A stretch of DNA of 64,000 bases, taken from positions 704,001 through 768,000 of the forward strand of contig CAWCNS010000007.1 in assembly GCA_963796965.1 (NCBI GenBank), in the 5' to 3' direction. Shown piece by piece: positions 1 through 10,745 of the stretch. The position numbers were made by a program, and so were the translations under genes. The stretch comes from Calditrichia bacterium. GTDB taxonomy: Bacteria; Calditrichota; Calditrichia; JAJRVZ01. The notes beneath the pieces were generated by a model. That model had not been told where the DNA came from. It saw only the letters and a program-made list of their open reading frames with translations, and did not search any database. Numbering within the stretch: the first letter of the stretch is position 1; every line of letters begins with the position of its first letter.

Positions 1-183
1 ACCTGCCTCTCTGGAATATTCCGCTACTACCTGTCTGACACGTTTTCCGGGAGCGGGTTTTCCTTCGGATATAGAAAGTACAGTCAGGTCAGTAGGAATT
101 ATATTGATATCCGGGTTATCTGCAGAATAAGCAAAGAGGATAAAAATGAACACATATGTCAAAATGTAAATTATTATTCGCAT
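1..183 (-). CDS. 5' part of a secreted hypothetical protein (runs off the window edge; apparent frameshifts)
   Basis: ATG at 183 gives MRIIIYILTYVFIFILFAYSADNPD (signal-peptide-like). An adjacent frame continues PAPGKRVRQVV, implying a single-base indel near 60. Confidence 0.5.
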   Translation of the reverse strand, partial: MRIIIYILTYVFIFILFAYSADNPDINIIPTDLTVLSISEGKPAPGKRVRQVVAEYSREAG

Positions 184-221
184 GTCTTTTTTTGTTTTGT
201 TTTTGTTTACTCAAATACAAC

Positions 222-399
222 AGTAGGGGCACGATCTATTCCCCCTTAGAAGAGGAGTTAGCCCCAGAAGGGATGTCTTAGGCATAGGATGTATTTACAT
301 AACTTATAGGCAAATAACATCCCCCTTAGTCCCCCTTTCCAAGGGGGAGACAGATCCTTGCCACCCTAAGGATAGTGCAAATTAACCTATACTGCAACA
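222..399 (-). repeat. MITE/REP-like element with paired CCCCCTT-N3-AAGGGGG hairpins (copy 1)
   Basis: The reverse complement aligns by eye with 12942-13090: TGTTGCAGTATAGGTTAA.TTGC...GTCTCCCCCTT.GAAAGGGGGACTAAGGGGGATGT.ATTT.CCT..AAGTT.TGTAAA.ACATCC. Confidence 0.8.
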
Positions 400-450
400 G
401 AATAATTAAGAGGTAATTGGTTTTACCACCAAATAAATTTGTTCAACCCC

Positions 451-885
451 TTAATCAATAGCACCGCCAAGCAACTTTAAAGTTTTTAGTGATGCCTCAA
501 TTTGTGGTTCCTCGAGATGGGCCAAAAGATCCTGAGCGACATTATCCAACCCAATAACAGATTCAGACAAGATCCGCTCTCCTGTCGGGGCAATTTTAAC
601 AAAACTTACCCGGGCATCACGTTCATTTGCTTCTTTTGTGACTAAACCAATTTTTTCCATAGGGGCGATCAAGCGCGTAATACCAGATGCTGTAAGACCT
701 GTTTTATTAGCAAGATCAATCCGCCTCATTTTATTTTCCTGGGAATTGGACAAATGATACAGGATCATAAATTCACTAAAACTGATCCCATGTATACTTA
801 ATTGGGCATCCAATACTTTGGACATTACCGACTGAACCATCGATTGATTCATAATAAATTTTAGAGATGAACTGAGATTCAACAT
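451..885 (-). CDS. MarR family transcriptional regulator
   Basis: wHTH motifs DLANKTGLTASGITRLIAPMEKIGLV and DARV. ATG at 885 is preceded by an AAGGAG RBS (895-900). Confidence 0.9.
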   Translation of the reverse strand: MLNLSSSLKFIMNQSMVQSVMSKVLDAQLSIHGISFSEFMILYHLSNSQENKMRRIDLANKTGLTASGITRLIAPMEKIGLVTKEANERDARVSFVKIAPTGERILSESVIGLDNVAQDLLAHLEEPQIEASLKTLKLLGGAID

Positions 886-903
886 GGCAACACACTCCTT
901 GAC

Positions 904-949
904 ATATACTTGATTGCTCAAATATATATCAATTACTTCTAATTGTCAA
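904..949 (-). promoter_or_regulatory. sigma70 promoter of the marR gene overlapped by a palindromic operator
   Basis: Minus strand reads TTGACA (949-944), N17, TATATT (926-921). The inverted repeat ATATACTTGA-ttgc-TCAAATATAT at 904-927 overlaps the -10 box. Confidence 0.7.
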
Positions 950-987
950 CCCACTTAATTTAAATGGTGTTATTCTGGATATTTTCT

Positions 988-1212
988 CTACTTACTCTCC
1001 TGATCAGTATCTACATAAAATTCCGCTACTCTCATTTCTTCTCGCTCACCGGCAAAGCCAACCCGAAATGAATCCGTTTTTGTAGTCCCACCATGACCAG
1101 GATCGATGCAGATTCTTTTGTCCTTTAGAGAGTATTTTGTTGAATCACTACAACAATAGATCAGAGGGAGAATTAAGGCGATACTACTTATATATCTATA
1201 TTTTAAATTCAT
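988..1212 (-). pseudogene. Truncated N-acetylmuramoyl-L-alanine amidase (Amidase_3) remnant
   Basis: Lipoprotein-like signal followed by ICIDPGHGG...GEREE (first Zn ligands). The ORF ends at 74 aa with no rest of the domain. Confidence 0.6.
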
Positions 1213-1320
1213 ATCTAAATTTAGTGTGGTGTTAACGGATAGATACTCTTGTAATTAAAATATTCGCCAGATCGAAAAATCCAATCCAAACGATCAATTC
1301 CCTCATTTCCAAGCGGATAC

Positions 1321-2898
1321 TCATTGGCTGTCGGTATAAATCAAAATCCTGTCCAGCCAAACTTCGTACCCTTTTTCAGGATTTAAAAGTCGAATTTTAC
1401 ATTATGTGTCTTTGGCGATAAATTGTATTTCCAACATATTTCATGTCGTCGCCGGGTAAAATCCGTGGGCAGGATCGCCTTTTCGATGGATACGCCATCC
1501 ACCCAGACCTCTATCTCAGGGTTTTCATTATCTTTTTTTATCTGGCCATCTTTAGCAATCGCCCTGCCCTTAACAATAAATCCAACGCCCTCAAATTCAA
1601 ATGAATAATCTCTGCGCCCGGTCTTCAATTTTTTGTTATTTTCCTCCACAAGCCTAACCTGCAGCGGATAATGATTTAAAAATCCCTTTTCAAATTTTAC
1701 GGGAATCGGTTTTTGCACTTTGATTGATATATCATTTTCGGAGGCTATCCCCCCATTGTTCTCAATATTTGTTACAGCATGATCAAAACCCATCTTGTAG
1801 ACATCATTCAGGGAAATGGTTGTGTATTTAAAATCGAGATCCTCAACTTCCTCTAAACCCTGTTTCCAATAGTCCGGAATTTGATTATATCCCAACATTG
1901 TTCCCAGAATACCGGCAGCACTTGCAGGATTACAGTCCGAATCCTGTCCACAACGCGTACTGATATCAATAGTTTTGCCATAATCTCCATTGCCGTATAA
2001 TAAGCCAATAACGATATAGGCTGCATTAATTTTAGCATCAATATTAAAAGCAGTAAATACACCATCCGGACATCCGATGTCAGAAGACCATTTTTTCTCA
2101 CATTCGAACCATGTGGCCTTCCAGTCATCAGGATACTGGTGATACCAGCTGATGACTTCGGAAATACATTTATAAAAGTCACTTTGTGCAGGGATACTTT
2201 TTAATCCTTCCCTTACAATGATCTCAACATCATCTGAAATAAAGGCCAGGGAATACATGGCTGCCACATAGACGCCGCCATACCAGCCATCACCATAATT
2301 CATAATATGTCCAATTTTATCACATATCTCGCTTGACGTATTTACCATGCCAGGCGACATAAGTCCTGCAAAATCGGCTTCGATCTGGAAATCTATATCC
2401 TCAGAATGGGGATTGTTTTCCCAGTATCCGGTGGCGGGGGGTTCGATCCCGTTAAGAATATTGTAACGTGCCGCCTGATTGGCATGCCATAATTTATACT
2501 CTGCATGGGCAAAGGCGTTGGCATGAGAAGTGGCCGGTGCATCTAATCCCTCTTTATCAAAGACTTCCACAAAGGTCAGATCCATATAGATATCATCATA
2601 CAATCCGGGGACATTGTCATAATACCATTTCATACGATCTTTATCCCATGTTATGGGTGTATAATCCTGGATCATGGTTCCACAGAACTTGAATTCCGTC
2701 GGACCACCATAAGTACAGCCAATCACCTGCCCGGCCCAACCGCCTTTAATTTTATCTAACAAGATATCTTTTTGCAGTACTAAAGTCGGAGGAAAGAGGA
2801 CTGAATCATTTGTGTCTGTCTTTTGATCTCTTTTCTTCGCATCCCGGTAAAATGCTAACAATACTAAATAGCACAACAGAAATTGTTATCCATTTCAT
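1321..2898 (-). CDS. ADP-ribosylglycohydrolase family lipoprotein (two apparent frameshifts)
   Basis: Motifs DKIKGGWAG, YDDIYMDL, DIDFQIEAD and GQDSDCN. ATG 2898 gives MKWITISVVLFSIVSILPGC in another frame. The C-terminus continues IRLLNPEKGY...TDSQ* to 1321 after an A-run shift near 1396. Confidence 0.85.
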
Positions 2899-2980
2899 TT
2901 TTATAGCATCCCTTATGTTTAGAATTATTTGATTTTTTAATTAATTACAAATCTTTGCAGGATTTTCGTCTTTGGTTGAG

Positions 2981-3490
2981 ATAAAAGATAACCACAAAGG
3001 ACACTAAGAAGCCTCAAAGTTCACAAAGAAAGATTATTTCTATTTATAAGATCACAGTTCATCAAAGTCAGCGGTTTTAATTGTATACTTTTTAATCAGC
3101 GTGATCAAATATCTCAATCTTTTCGTTGCGCTCGTTGCGCCGCTGCGTGAAATTAAAAGAAAACCACAAAGTACTCAAAGAAGGCGCAAAGTACACAAAG
3201 AAAAGCTTATTAAATTTTTTATATCATAGTTTATTAAGACCACCGGTTTTAATTTTATATTTTATAATTAGCATGATCAAAGACCTTAATCTTTTCGTTG
3301 CGATCGTTGCGCCGCTGCGTGAAAAAAAAGATAACCACAAAGTGCACAAAGAACTCAGAGAAAAATGATATGCTAAGAATTACCTCCCCCTTTTTTCCCC
3401 TCCTTCGTAAGGAGGGGACTGAGGGGGTGGTAGTTTATAAATTATTTAATTTCCTCTGCGAACTTTGCGTCTCAGCGTCTCTGCGAGAAA
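2981..3490. repeat. Array of degenerate ~172-bp units built from CACAAAG / TTGCG 9-nt-period motifs, plus a CCCCTCCTT hairpin
   Basis: ACCACAAAG at 2991, 3163 and 3334. TTTCGTTGCG.TCGTTGCGCCGCTGCGTGAAA at 3121 and 3293. Hairpin CCCCTCCTTcgtAAGGAGGGG near 3397-3417. Confidence 0.8.
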
Positions 3491-3548
3491 GAGAGAACTA
3501 CACAAACCACCTTAGAACGTTCATAACGATATTATCTAAATCTTTAAA

Positions 3549-5387
3549 TCACTTTGCCCATTTTTCCATTTCGGGATTGGGATCCCAATATGAGCCAGGC
3601 TCAAAATATTGCCATAAAAGTCTGGAAACTTCTCGTATTAACACATACCCTGCGTTGTCATAGTCCCAGCTGGTATCTTTCTGATTTTTGGTAATAATGC
3701 AAAAAACATAATCACCGGAGGGTGCATTAACCAGAACAACCTCCGATCGTGATGCATTAACACTCCCTGTTTTGATGCTGCCTGTATGTAAGGCGGAATT
3801 TGGGACAACGCTTCGCCATTCCAGTATATATTACACAAAACACGGTACATTTCCTCACTGGCTGACAGGCTGATCGCTCTGTCTTCCCTTATCATAACTA
3901 AGCAACTCGGCCATCTCCCGCGGTGTGGTTTGGCCCCATCCATAGATTTCCCGGTCTTTTTCCCGGCCGGGTGTCCGTGAATTCACCCGTGTCTTCTCAA
4001 ATCCATGATCCGATAACCACTTATTGATATCGGTTCCGGTTCCGGCTAACTTCTGACACCATAAACTGGCCGTATTATCACTGGTCGTGATCATAAGCAT
4101 GATCACTTTACTTAATTTAATCTTCTCACCTTCTTTAAATGAGCCCAAGATATCTTCACCTGCATACAAGAGTGAATCATAATAGACCTGATCTTCATGA
4201 TAATCGAGTTGTCCCGACTTTATCTTATCAAATGTCGTAAGTAAAATGGGTACTTTGATCATACTGGCGGTTGGGAATAATTCATCGGCATTTATGGCTG
4301 CTGTCCGCCCTGTGGCCAGATGATGGACATAAATCCCCACATTTCCATCAAAACCTTCAAATAAGTCAGCCAGTTTTTTTGCTAATATGGGATCATTCTT
4401 TTCCGATTTTCCTCTTTGTGTGAACCCATCATAGTTTTTCCAATGGCAATCAAACCGCTCCAGAAAAGGAAAAAATCCTTCTTTTTGGCCAATATGAATT
4501 CCCCAGGCGATCATTTTTCCTTTTCCTGAATCGAGGAAGGCTTCCGGTCGATAAGCACCCGGGGCTGACGGAACACGAGTCAGATCATCCATTTTTCTAA
4601 AATTGATTCCATCTTCAGTGTATTGGAGGGTTTTAGCAATTTCTTTTGGACCGGCATTGCTGATCAGGGCAACGATACCTTTTCCATAGGGCCATACCAA
4701 TACTTCATGACCGGCTTGAATAATCGGATTGCCCTCATATTTGACGTAGGGACCACCGGGATGATCGGCGATAGCCACCCCCATTTTCGTATGTCCGGGT
4801 GTATTGTCCCACTGCCTCCCCTTAAAATAAAGCCAGTACTTACCATTGCGAAAAATCAAACAGGCATCATCAACGCGCATGCTATCGAACTTTCTGGGAT
4901 CATCACTTGCCTTGAGAATTGGATTTTGGTTAAGCTTTTTCCATGGCCCCTCAGGAGAATTTGATACCGCAATTCCAATGGCTGTCTTAGTAATATTCGG
5001 ACCGGAATTATAAAAGGGTTTTGGTACCGCTGTATAAAAAAGCCAGTAGTGATCCTCTGCGACCAGGATATTTGGTGTAAAAACACTCTGTTCATCCCAA
5101 CTACCAATCGGACCACGGGGCAATGCTTCTCCCATTTCAACCCACTTATGACCATCTGAGGATATGGCATACCATATAGTAGCATTGTAACCGGAAACCT
5201 GTCTCCCTTTTGTATACCAAACATAATACTGATCTTCAACTTTGATAATATCGCTGGGATCCCGGCGCATGACACCTTCTTCAGCCCCGAGACCATGAGC
5301 AGGTGTGGTTTTGACATCTGTGGACCAATTTTGGGCTGACACAGTCTGGATTATTAATAAAAACAGGAACAGATACCACAAGCGCAT
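3549..5387 (-). CDS. Secreted fusion of a GH117-like beta-propeller glycoside hydrolase and a class A beta-lactamase-like serine hydrolase (two apparent frameshifts)
   Basis: N-domain motifs RRDPS, SVFTP, FDSMRVDD, YFKG, GHEV. C-domain motifs TASMIK (SxxK), SDN, QTTPREM, KQG. Frame changes near 3900 and 3765 restore a continuous C-terminus ending EMEKWAK* at 3549. Confidence 0.8.
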
Positions 5388-5390
5388 AAG

Positions 5391-6932
5391 TTATTCCCCC
5401 CTTATCCCATTTTTTAACGCTGCAATTCTGAATTTATAATAATCTTTAAATTCTTGTTTCGGATACCGGCAGAGATATATTCTCGTACCATTTTCTCTAA
5501 AATATTTATCTTCAACTGTGGTCATAAGTTGTACATCCCTAAAACGAGCAGGCAAAAAGGACTCAGGTTTTATATCATTATTCAGGTCTGAATGGACCCA
5601 AATCAAATACTCTTTTGTAAGACTATCGGGAGCCCAAAAGGCAAAACTTCCATTAATAGAAATCGGTTGAGGTATATTCGCATCTTTACCATAAAACATC
5701 ACTGCACCGGCTTGTCCATAATGATAGCAAAAGATATCGCAATTTTCACGATCTTCTGAATTAAGGGTAAGATAAGTCTCCACAACTTTATTACCGACCT
5801 GTGTCCACCCTGTCATATCGGCCAAGTCCTGGGGAATATCATGATTAACCCCGTCCTCCCAGCGGAAAGCATCTTTTTGCACGGCATCTTCGAAACTAAT
5901 GAAGGGTATCCCATCGAATGACAATGAAACATAAAGGGATATGAACATTGAAGGAATAAGAATAGCAGTGATATAGAGGAGATACTTTTTGAAATACTTT
6001 TCAATAATATAGGCGCCAAAAACAAACAGGATCGGGTACACTCCCAATGAATAATAAGGCTTACCATGTCCTATGATTAATACTGTAATTACAATCAGAT
6101 AGAGGATCCCGAATAACCTGTATTGATTTTCTTTTTTTAAGAATAATATGGCAACCAACCCCGTCACCCATAAAAGAAGGCCTTGAATATTCATTAAAAT
6201 CTGGCTCACAATAAAATCTGAGAGACGTACATGAACCAATTGTGTCCTCTGTAAATCACTCATATGATGCAACACTGGCCAGTTGTGCTCATATTGCCAG
6301 AGAAGATTAGGAAAAATTAGGCCTAAACCCAGAATAAGGGCCATGACAAAGTATTTGGAGGCATATAGATATCGATATGGAGAGATTAAGAGTGAAACTA
6401 CAAAGGCAAAGGCAAAAAAGACGATGGAATATTTGTTCAAAAATGCCAGGGCGAAGACAAGTGCAATCCAGATCCAGAATTTAGGATCATTTCTTTTAAT
6501 CATGAGGAGTATCAGATAACCACCAAGTAACCAGTAAAACTGATTAAAACATACCGGCTGGTATAAAGCATTGGTATGAAGATAGCTAGGGGATAAGAGA
6601 TAGGCCAGGCTGGCCAATATTAGCGCGGTATTTTTTCCTCTCAGCTCTTTTACCATTAATCCGATAATGACTAAATTAAATGAACCGATCAGAGCAGGAA
6701 AGAATCTCAAACCGAAGGTCGTATTTCCGAAGATAAGCGTGGCAATCTTGCCAACAACGGCAATTGAGGGCGGAACCGCCACATAACCCCAGGCCAGATG
6801 TTCGCTCTGGGCATAATAGAGATAGGCATCGCGGTGCAACTCATAATTTGCATAGGTGAGGAAATGGACTAATAATTTTGCCAGCGCAAAAATGAGGATA
6901 ATCATCCATTCTTTGCTGATTTTTACTGACAT
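5391..6932 (-). CDS. GT-C fold membrane glycosyltransferase (GT39/PMT_2, ArnT-like)
   Basis: LHRDAYLY...HLAWGYVAVPP, LRFFPAL, NKYS, PNLLWQ..HNWP and many transmembrane segments. Confidence 0.85.
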   Translation of the reverse strand: MSVKISKEWMIILIFALAKLLVHFLTYANYELHRDAYLYYAQSEHLAWGYVAVPPSIAVVGKIATLIFGNTTFGLRFFPALIGSFNLVIIGLMVKELRGKNTALILASLAYLLSPSYLHTNALYQPVCFNQFYWLLGGYLILLMIKRNDPKFWIWIALVFALAFLNKYSIVFFAFAFVVSLLISPYRYLYASKYFVMALILGLGLIFPNLLWQYEHNWPVLHHMSDLQRTQLVHVRLSDFIVSQILMNIQGLLLWVTGLVAILFLKKENQYRLFGILYLIVITVLIIGHGKPYYSLGVYPILFVFGAYIIEKYFKKYLLYITAILIPSMFISLYVSLSFDGIPFISFEDAVQKDAFRWEDGVNHDIPQDLADMTGWTQVGNKVVETYLTLNSEDRENCDIFCYHYGQAGAVMFYGKDANIPQPISINGSFAFWAPDSLTKEYLIWVHSDLNNDIKPESFLPARFRDVQLMTTVEDKYFRENGTRIYLCRYPKQEFKDYYKFRIAALKNGIRGE

Positions 6933-7065
6933 AGATTTACTCTAAATTGTTAAATTATACTTTTATATAGTAAATAGATCAAGGATTTAACCATGAACTC
7001 GTCTCCCAGCGTAGCGATCCCCTTGAACAGTCCCTTCTCTAAAACGGATGGAGATAGAAACACAT

Positions 7066-7077
7066 GACCTCACCCCT
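7066..7077 (+). repeat. Left arm of a 12-bp inverted repeat flanking the IS pair
   Basis: GACCTCACCCCT; the exact reverse complement AGGGGTGAGGTC is at 10746-10757. Confidence 0.8.
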
Positions 7078-7081
7078 TAAT

Positions 7082-8861
7082 GGGGCTGTATCAAAAGTCT
7101 TTAGTAAAACTCTTTAAAGTATTAAATTGTCTTATACTCATAAGTTAAGACAAATAGGATTTTTATGAAAAAATTTAAAGAGATCAATCAACACCAAATG
7201 AGTGTATTGCCTCCCAGTCTTGATGAGTTGGTTGAGGCTAACCATTTGGTTCGCATTGTTGATAAATTTGTTTCACTGCTTCCTTCCAGACTTTGGGATG
7301 AGATTTTTTCAGGGGGTGGCGCCCCATCGTATCATCCGGCTTTAATGCTAAAAGTGATTCTTTATGCCTATTCTCAGAAGATATATTCCTGCCGTGATAT
7401 TGCAAAAGCGGTTCGCCAGGATATTACCTTTATGTGGCTTACCGGCATGCAAAGGCCGACCTTTAACACGGTCAATCGTTTCCGAACCGAGTATTTTAAA
7501 GATATTCTTGAAGATATATTCACCGAGTTGTTGGATTTCCTGCATGGCAAAGGTTATATATCCTATCAGGATTTCTTTGTTGATGGCACCACACTTGAAG
7601 CCAATGCCGGACGATACACCCATGTTTGGAGCAAGAATACAGCGCGTTATAAATCTGCGGTTAAAAAGCGTGTTCAACTCTTCTTGAGGAAATTGATAAA
7701 ATGAATCAGGCCGAAGATCACAAATACGGTGATGCCGATCTGCCTGAACGGGGGGAAGACACCGATATTTCCTCAGAAGAACTACGGAATCTTACCGCCG
7801 AGTTAAGTGATCATCTTTCGAAGATTTCCGATAAAAAGAAAAAACAGAAAATGGAAACCGCTAAAAACCGTCTGAACAAAGAAGCAGACAAACTGGCTAA
7901 ATATGAAGGTCAGGAAGATCTGCTTTCAGGGCGGAATTCCTATTCAAAAACCGATACGGATGCAACCTTCATGCGCATGAAAGACGATCGTTTGCGTGCA
8001 GCCTATAACGCTCAAATCAGCACTGAGAACCAATTTATTACCAACTATTCAATCAGTCAAAATCCCTCGGATACCGTGACCTTTCCCGATCATCTTGAAA
8101 AAATCGAGCAACGTGGTGAAACCTATAAACCAAACAACTACATGGGTGACTCGGCATATGGCAGTGAAGAAAACTACTCTTTACTTGCCGACCATAACAT
8201 TCAAAATTATTTGAAGTACAATACATTTCACCCTGAGAAAAAGAAACATTTTAAGAAAAACAAACCCTTTCATAAAAGTAATTTTACATATAACATCCAA
8301 GAGGACTGCTTCATTTGTCCTGCTGGTAAAAAACTCACATACCAAAAAACATTTCAAGCAAAGAGCAAAACAGGATTTATCTCTGATGTCCGTGTTTATG
8401 AGTTTCAAGCCTGCCGTGCGTGTGCATTCAAACCGCAATGCACAAAATCAAAAAACAACCGGCAAATTCATTACAACGTGAAACTTGAAAAATTTAAAGC
8501 GCAGGCAAGAACCAATCTTGATTCACTGTATGGTATTGCCTTGCGAAAACGGCGCGGCCCTGAAGTTGAAACCTTTTTTGGAGATCTAAGACATAACTGT
8601 CGATTTAATCGATTTCTTCTTCGTGGCCTTGTAAATACAGAACATGAGTTCGGTCTTCTGGCAATAGCGCATAACTTAAGAAAAATAGCTAAAGATGCGC
8701 TTAACAATGTGTCTGATAGTGCATATATTACTGATATTTTTGCGTTTCTAAAGGAATTCATGTGTTTTCTAACTCAATTGCTTAAAAGACAAAAGAATTT
8801 CCATTTTTCCCAAAATATCCGGGATTATTCACTTGTATATCAAAACTTTTGATACAGCCCC
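7082..8861 (+). mobile_element. IS1182-family insertion sequence, copy 1
   Basis: Terminal IRs GGGGCTGTATCAAAAGT / ACTTTTGATACAGCCCC, enclosing a transposase nearly identical to copy 2. Confidence 0.9.
7165..8852 (+). pseudogene. IS1182-family transposase, frameshifted
   Basis: Lacks one G relative to copy 2 (GTTCAACTC vs GTTCAAGCTC near 7677), splitting it into 179-aa and 383-aa ORFs. Confidence 0.85.
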
Positions 8862-8962
8862 AAGCTTAACGCCGGTTTATGCTGCTTAGAATTCAATTTA
8901 ACTATAAAATTCATACGCCAAATTACTGCTCAGTTTCTGAAGTTTTAATCATATATTATTTT

Positions 8963-10743
8963 GGGCTGTATCAAAAGTCTTTAGTAAAACTCTTTAAAGT
9001 ATTAAATTGTCTTATACTCATAAGTTAAGACAAATAGGATTTTTATGAAAAAATTTAAAGAGATCAATCAACACCAAATGAGTGTATTGCCTCCCAGTCT
9101 TGATGAGTTGGTTGAGGCTAACCATTTGGTTCGCATTGTTGATAAATTTGTTTCACTGCTTCCTTCCAGACTTTGGGATGAGATTTTTTCAGGGGGTGGC
9201 GCCCCATCGTATCATCCGGCTTTAATGCTAAAAGTGATTCTTTATGCCTATTCTCAGAAGATATATTCCTGCCGTGATATTGCAAAAGCGGTTCGCCAGG
9301 ATATTACCTTTATGTGGCTTACCGGCATGCAAAGGCCGACCTTTAACACGGTCAATCGTTTCCGAACCGAGTATTTTAAAGATATTCTTGAAGATATATT
9401 CACCGAGTTGTTGGATTTCCTGCATGGCAAAGGTTATATATCCTATCAGGATTTCTTTGTTGATGGCACCACACTTGAAGCCAATGCCGGACGATACACC
9501 CATGTTTGGAGCAAGAATACAGCGCGTTATAAATCTGCGGTTAAAAAGCGTGTTCAAGCTCTTCTTGAGGAAATTGATAAAATGAATCAGGCCGAAGATC
9601 ACAAATACGGTGATGCCGATCTGCCTGAACGGGGGGAAGACACCGATATTTCCTCAGAAGAACTACGGAATCTTACCGCCGAGTTAAGTGATCATCTTTC
9701 GAAGATTTCCGATAAAAAGAAAAAACAGAAAATGGAAACCGCTAAAAACCGTCTGAACAAAGAAGCAGACAAACTGGCTAAATATGAAGGTCAGGAAGAT
9801 CTGCTTTCAGGGCGGAATTCCTATTCAAAAACCGATACGGATGCAACCTTCATGCGCATGAAAGACGATCGTTTGCGTGCAGCCTATAACGCTCAAATCA
9901 GCACTGAGAACCAATTTATTACCAACTATTCAATCAGTCAAAATCCCTCGGATACCGTGACCTTTCCCGATCATCTTGAAAAAATCGAGCAACGTGGTGA
10001 AACCTATAAACCAAACAACTACATGGGTGACTCGGCATATGGCAGTGAAGAAAACTACTCTTTACTTGCCGACCATAACATTCAAAATTATTTGAAGTAC
10101 AATACATTTCACCCTGAGAAAAAGAAACATTTTAAGAAAAACAAACCCTTTCATAAAAGTAATTTTACATATAACATCCAAGAGGACTGCTTCATTTGTC
10201 CTGCTGGTAAAAAACTCACATACCAAAAAACATTTCAAGCAAAGAGCAAAACAGGATTTATCTCTGATGTCCGTGTTTATGAGTTTCAAGCCTGCCGTGC
10301 GTGTGCATTCAAACCGCAATGCACAAAATCAAAAAACAACCGGCAAATTCATTACAACGTGAAACTTGAAAAATTTAAAGCGCAGGCAAGAACCAATCTT
10401 GATTCACTGTATGGTATTGCCTTGCGAAAACGGCGCGGCCCTGAAGTTGAAACCTTTTTTGGAGATCTAAGACATAACTGTCGATTTAATCGATTTCTTC
10501 TTCGTGGCCTTGTAAATACAGAACATGAGTTCGGTCTTCTGGCAATAGCGCATAACTTAAGAAAAATAGTTAAAGATGCGCTTAACAATGTGTCTGATAG
10601 TGCATATATTACTGATATTTTTGCGTTTCTAAAGGAATTCATGTGTTTTCTAACTCAATTGCTTAAAAGACAAAAGAATTTCCATTTTTCCCAAAATATC
10701 CGGGATTATTCACTTGTATATCAAAACTTTTAGATACAGCCCC
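8963..10743 (+). mobile_element. IS1182-family insertion sequence, copy 2
   Basis: Left IR GGGCTGTATCAAAAGT. The right IR ACTTTTAGATACAGCCCC has one extra A. Confidence 0.9.
9045..10733 (+). CDS. IS1182-family DDE transposase
   Basis: GAPSYHPALMLK, PTFNTVNRFR, FVDGTTLEANA, SKTDTDATFMRMK, YNAQI, DSAYGSEENY, CPAG, Cys cluster and RRGPEVETFFG. Confidence 0.95.
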   Translation: MKKFKEINQHQMSVLPPSLDELVEANHLVRIVDKFVSLLPSRLWDEIFSGGGAPSYHPALMLKVILYAYSQKIYSCRDIAKAVRQDITFMWLTGMQRPTFNTVNRFRTEYFKDILEDIFTELLDFLHGKGYISYQDFFVDGTTLEANAGRYTHVWSKNTARYKSAVKKRVQALLEEIDKMNQAEDHKYGDADLPERGEDTDISSEELRNLTAELSDHLSKISDKKKKQKMETAKNRLNKEADKLAKYEGQEDLLSGRNSYSKTDTDATFMRMKDDRLRAAYNAQISTENQFITNYSISQNPSDTVTFPDHLEKIEQRGETYKPNNYMGDSAYGSEENYSLLADHNIQNYLKYNTFHPEKKKHFKKNKPFHKSNFTYNIQEDCFICPAGKKLTYQKTFQAKSKTGFISDVRVYEFQACRACAFKPQCTKSKNNRQIHYNVKLEKFKAQARTNLDSLYGIALRKRRGPEVETFFGDLRHNCRFNRFLLRGLVNTEHEFGLLAIAHNLRKIVKDALNNVSDSAYITDIFAFLKEFMCFLTQLLKRQKNFHFSQNIRDYSLVYQNF

Positions 10744-10745
10744 GC

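Noticed and set aside
3126..3663. ORFs 3126-3368 and 3298-3663 with identical N-termini (MRSLRRCVK)
   Set aside because: These are translations of the 172-bp DNA repeat with TTG starts and no RBS. ORFs at 12888-13070, 55490-55699 and 59885-60100 likewise read through repeat DNA.
3549..4400. Beta-lactam resistance gene
   Set aside because: It has KQG instead of KTG and no recognisable Glu166 motif. Only the fold family is supported.
7660..7710. Programmed ribosomal frameshift in IS copy 1
   Set aside because: Copy 2 is a single ORF and differs by one G here, so this is a simple indel or sequencing error.
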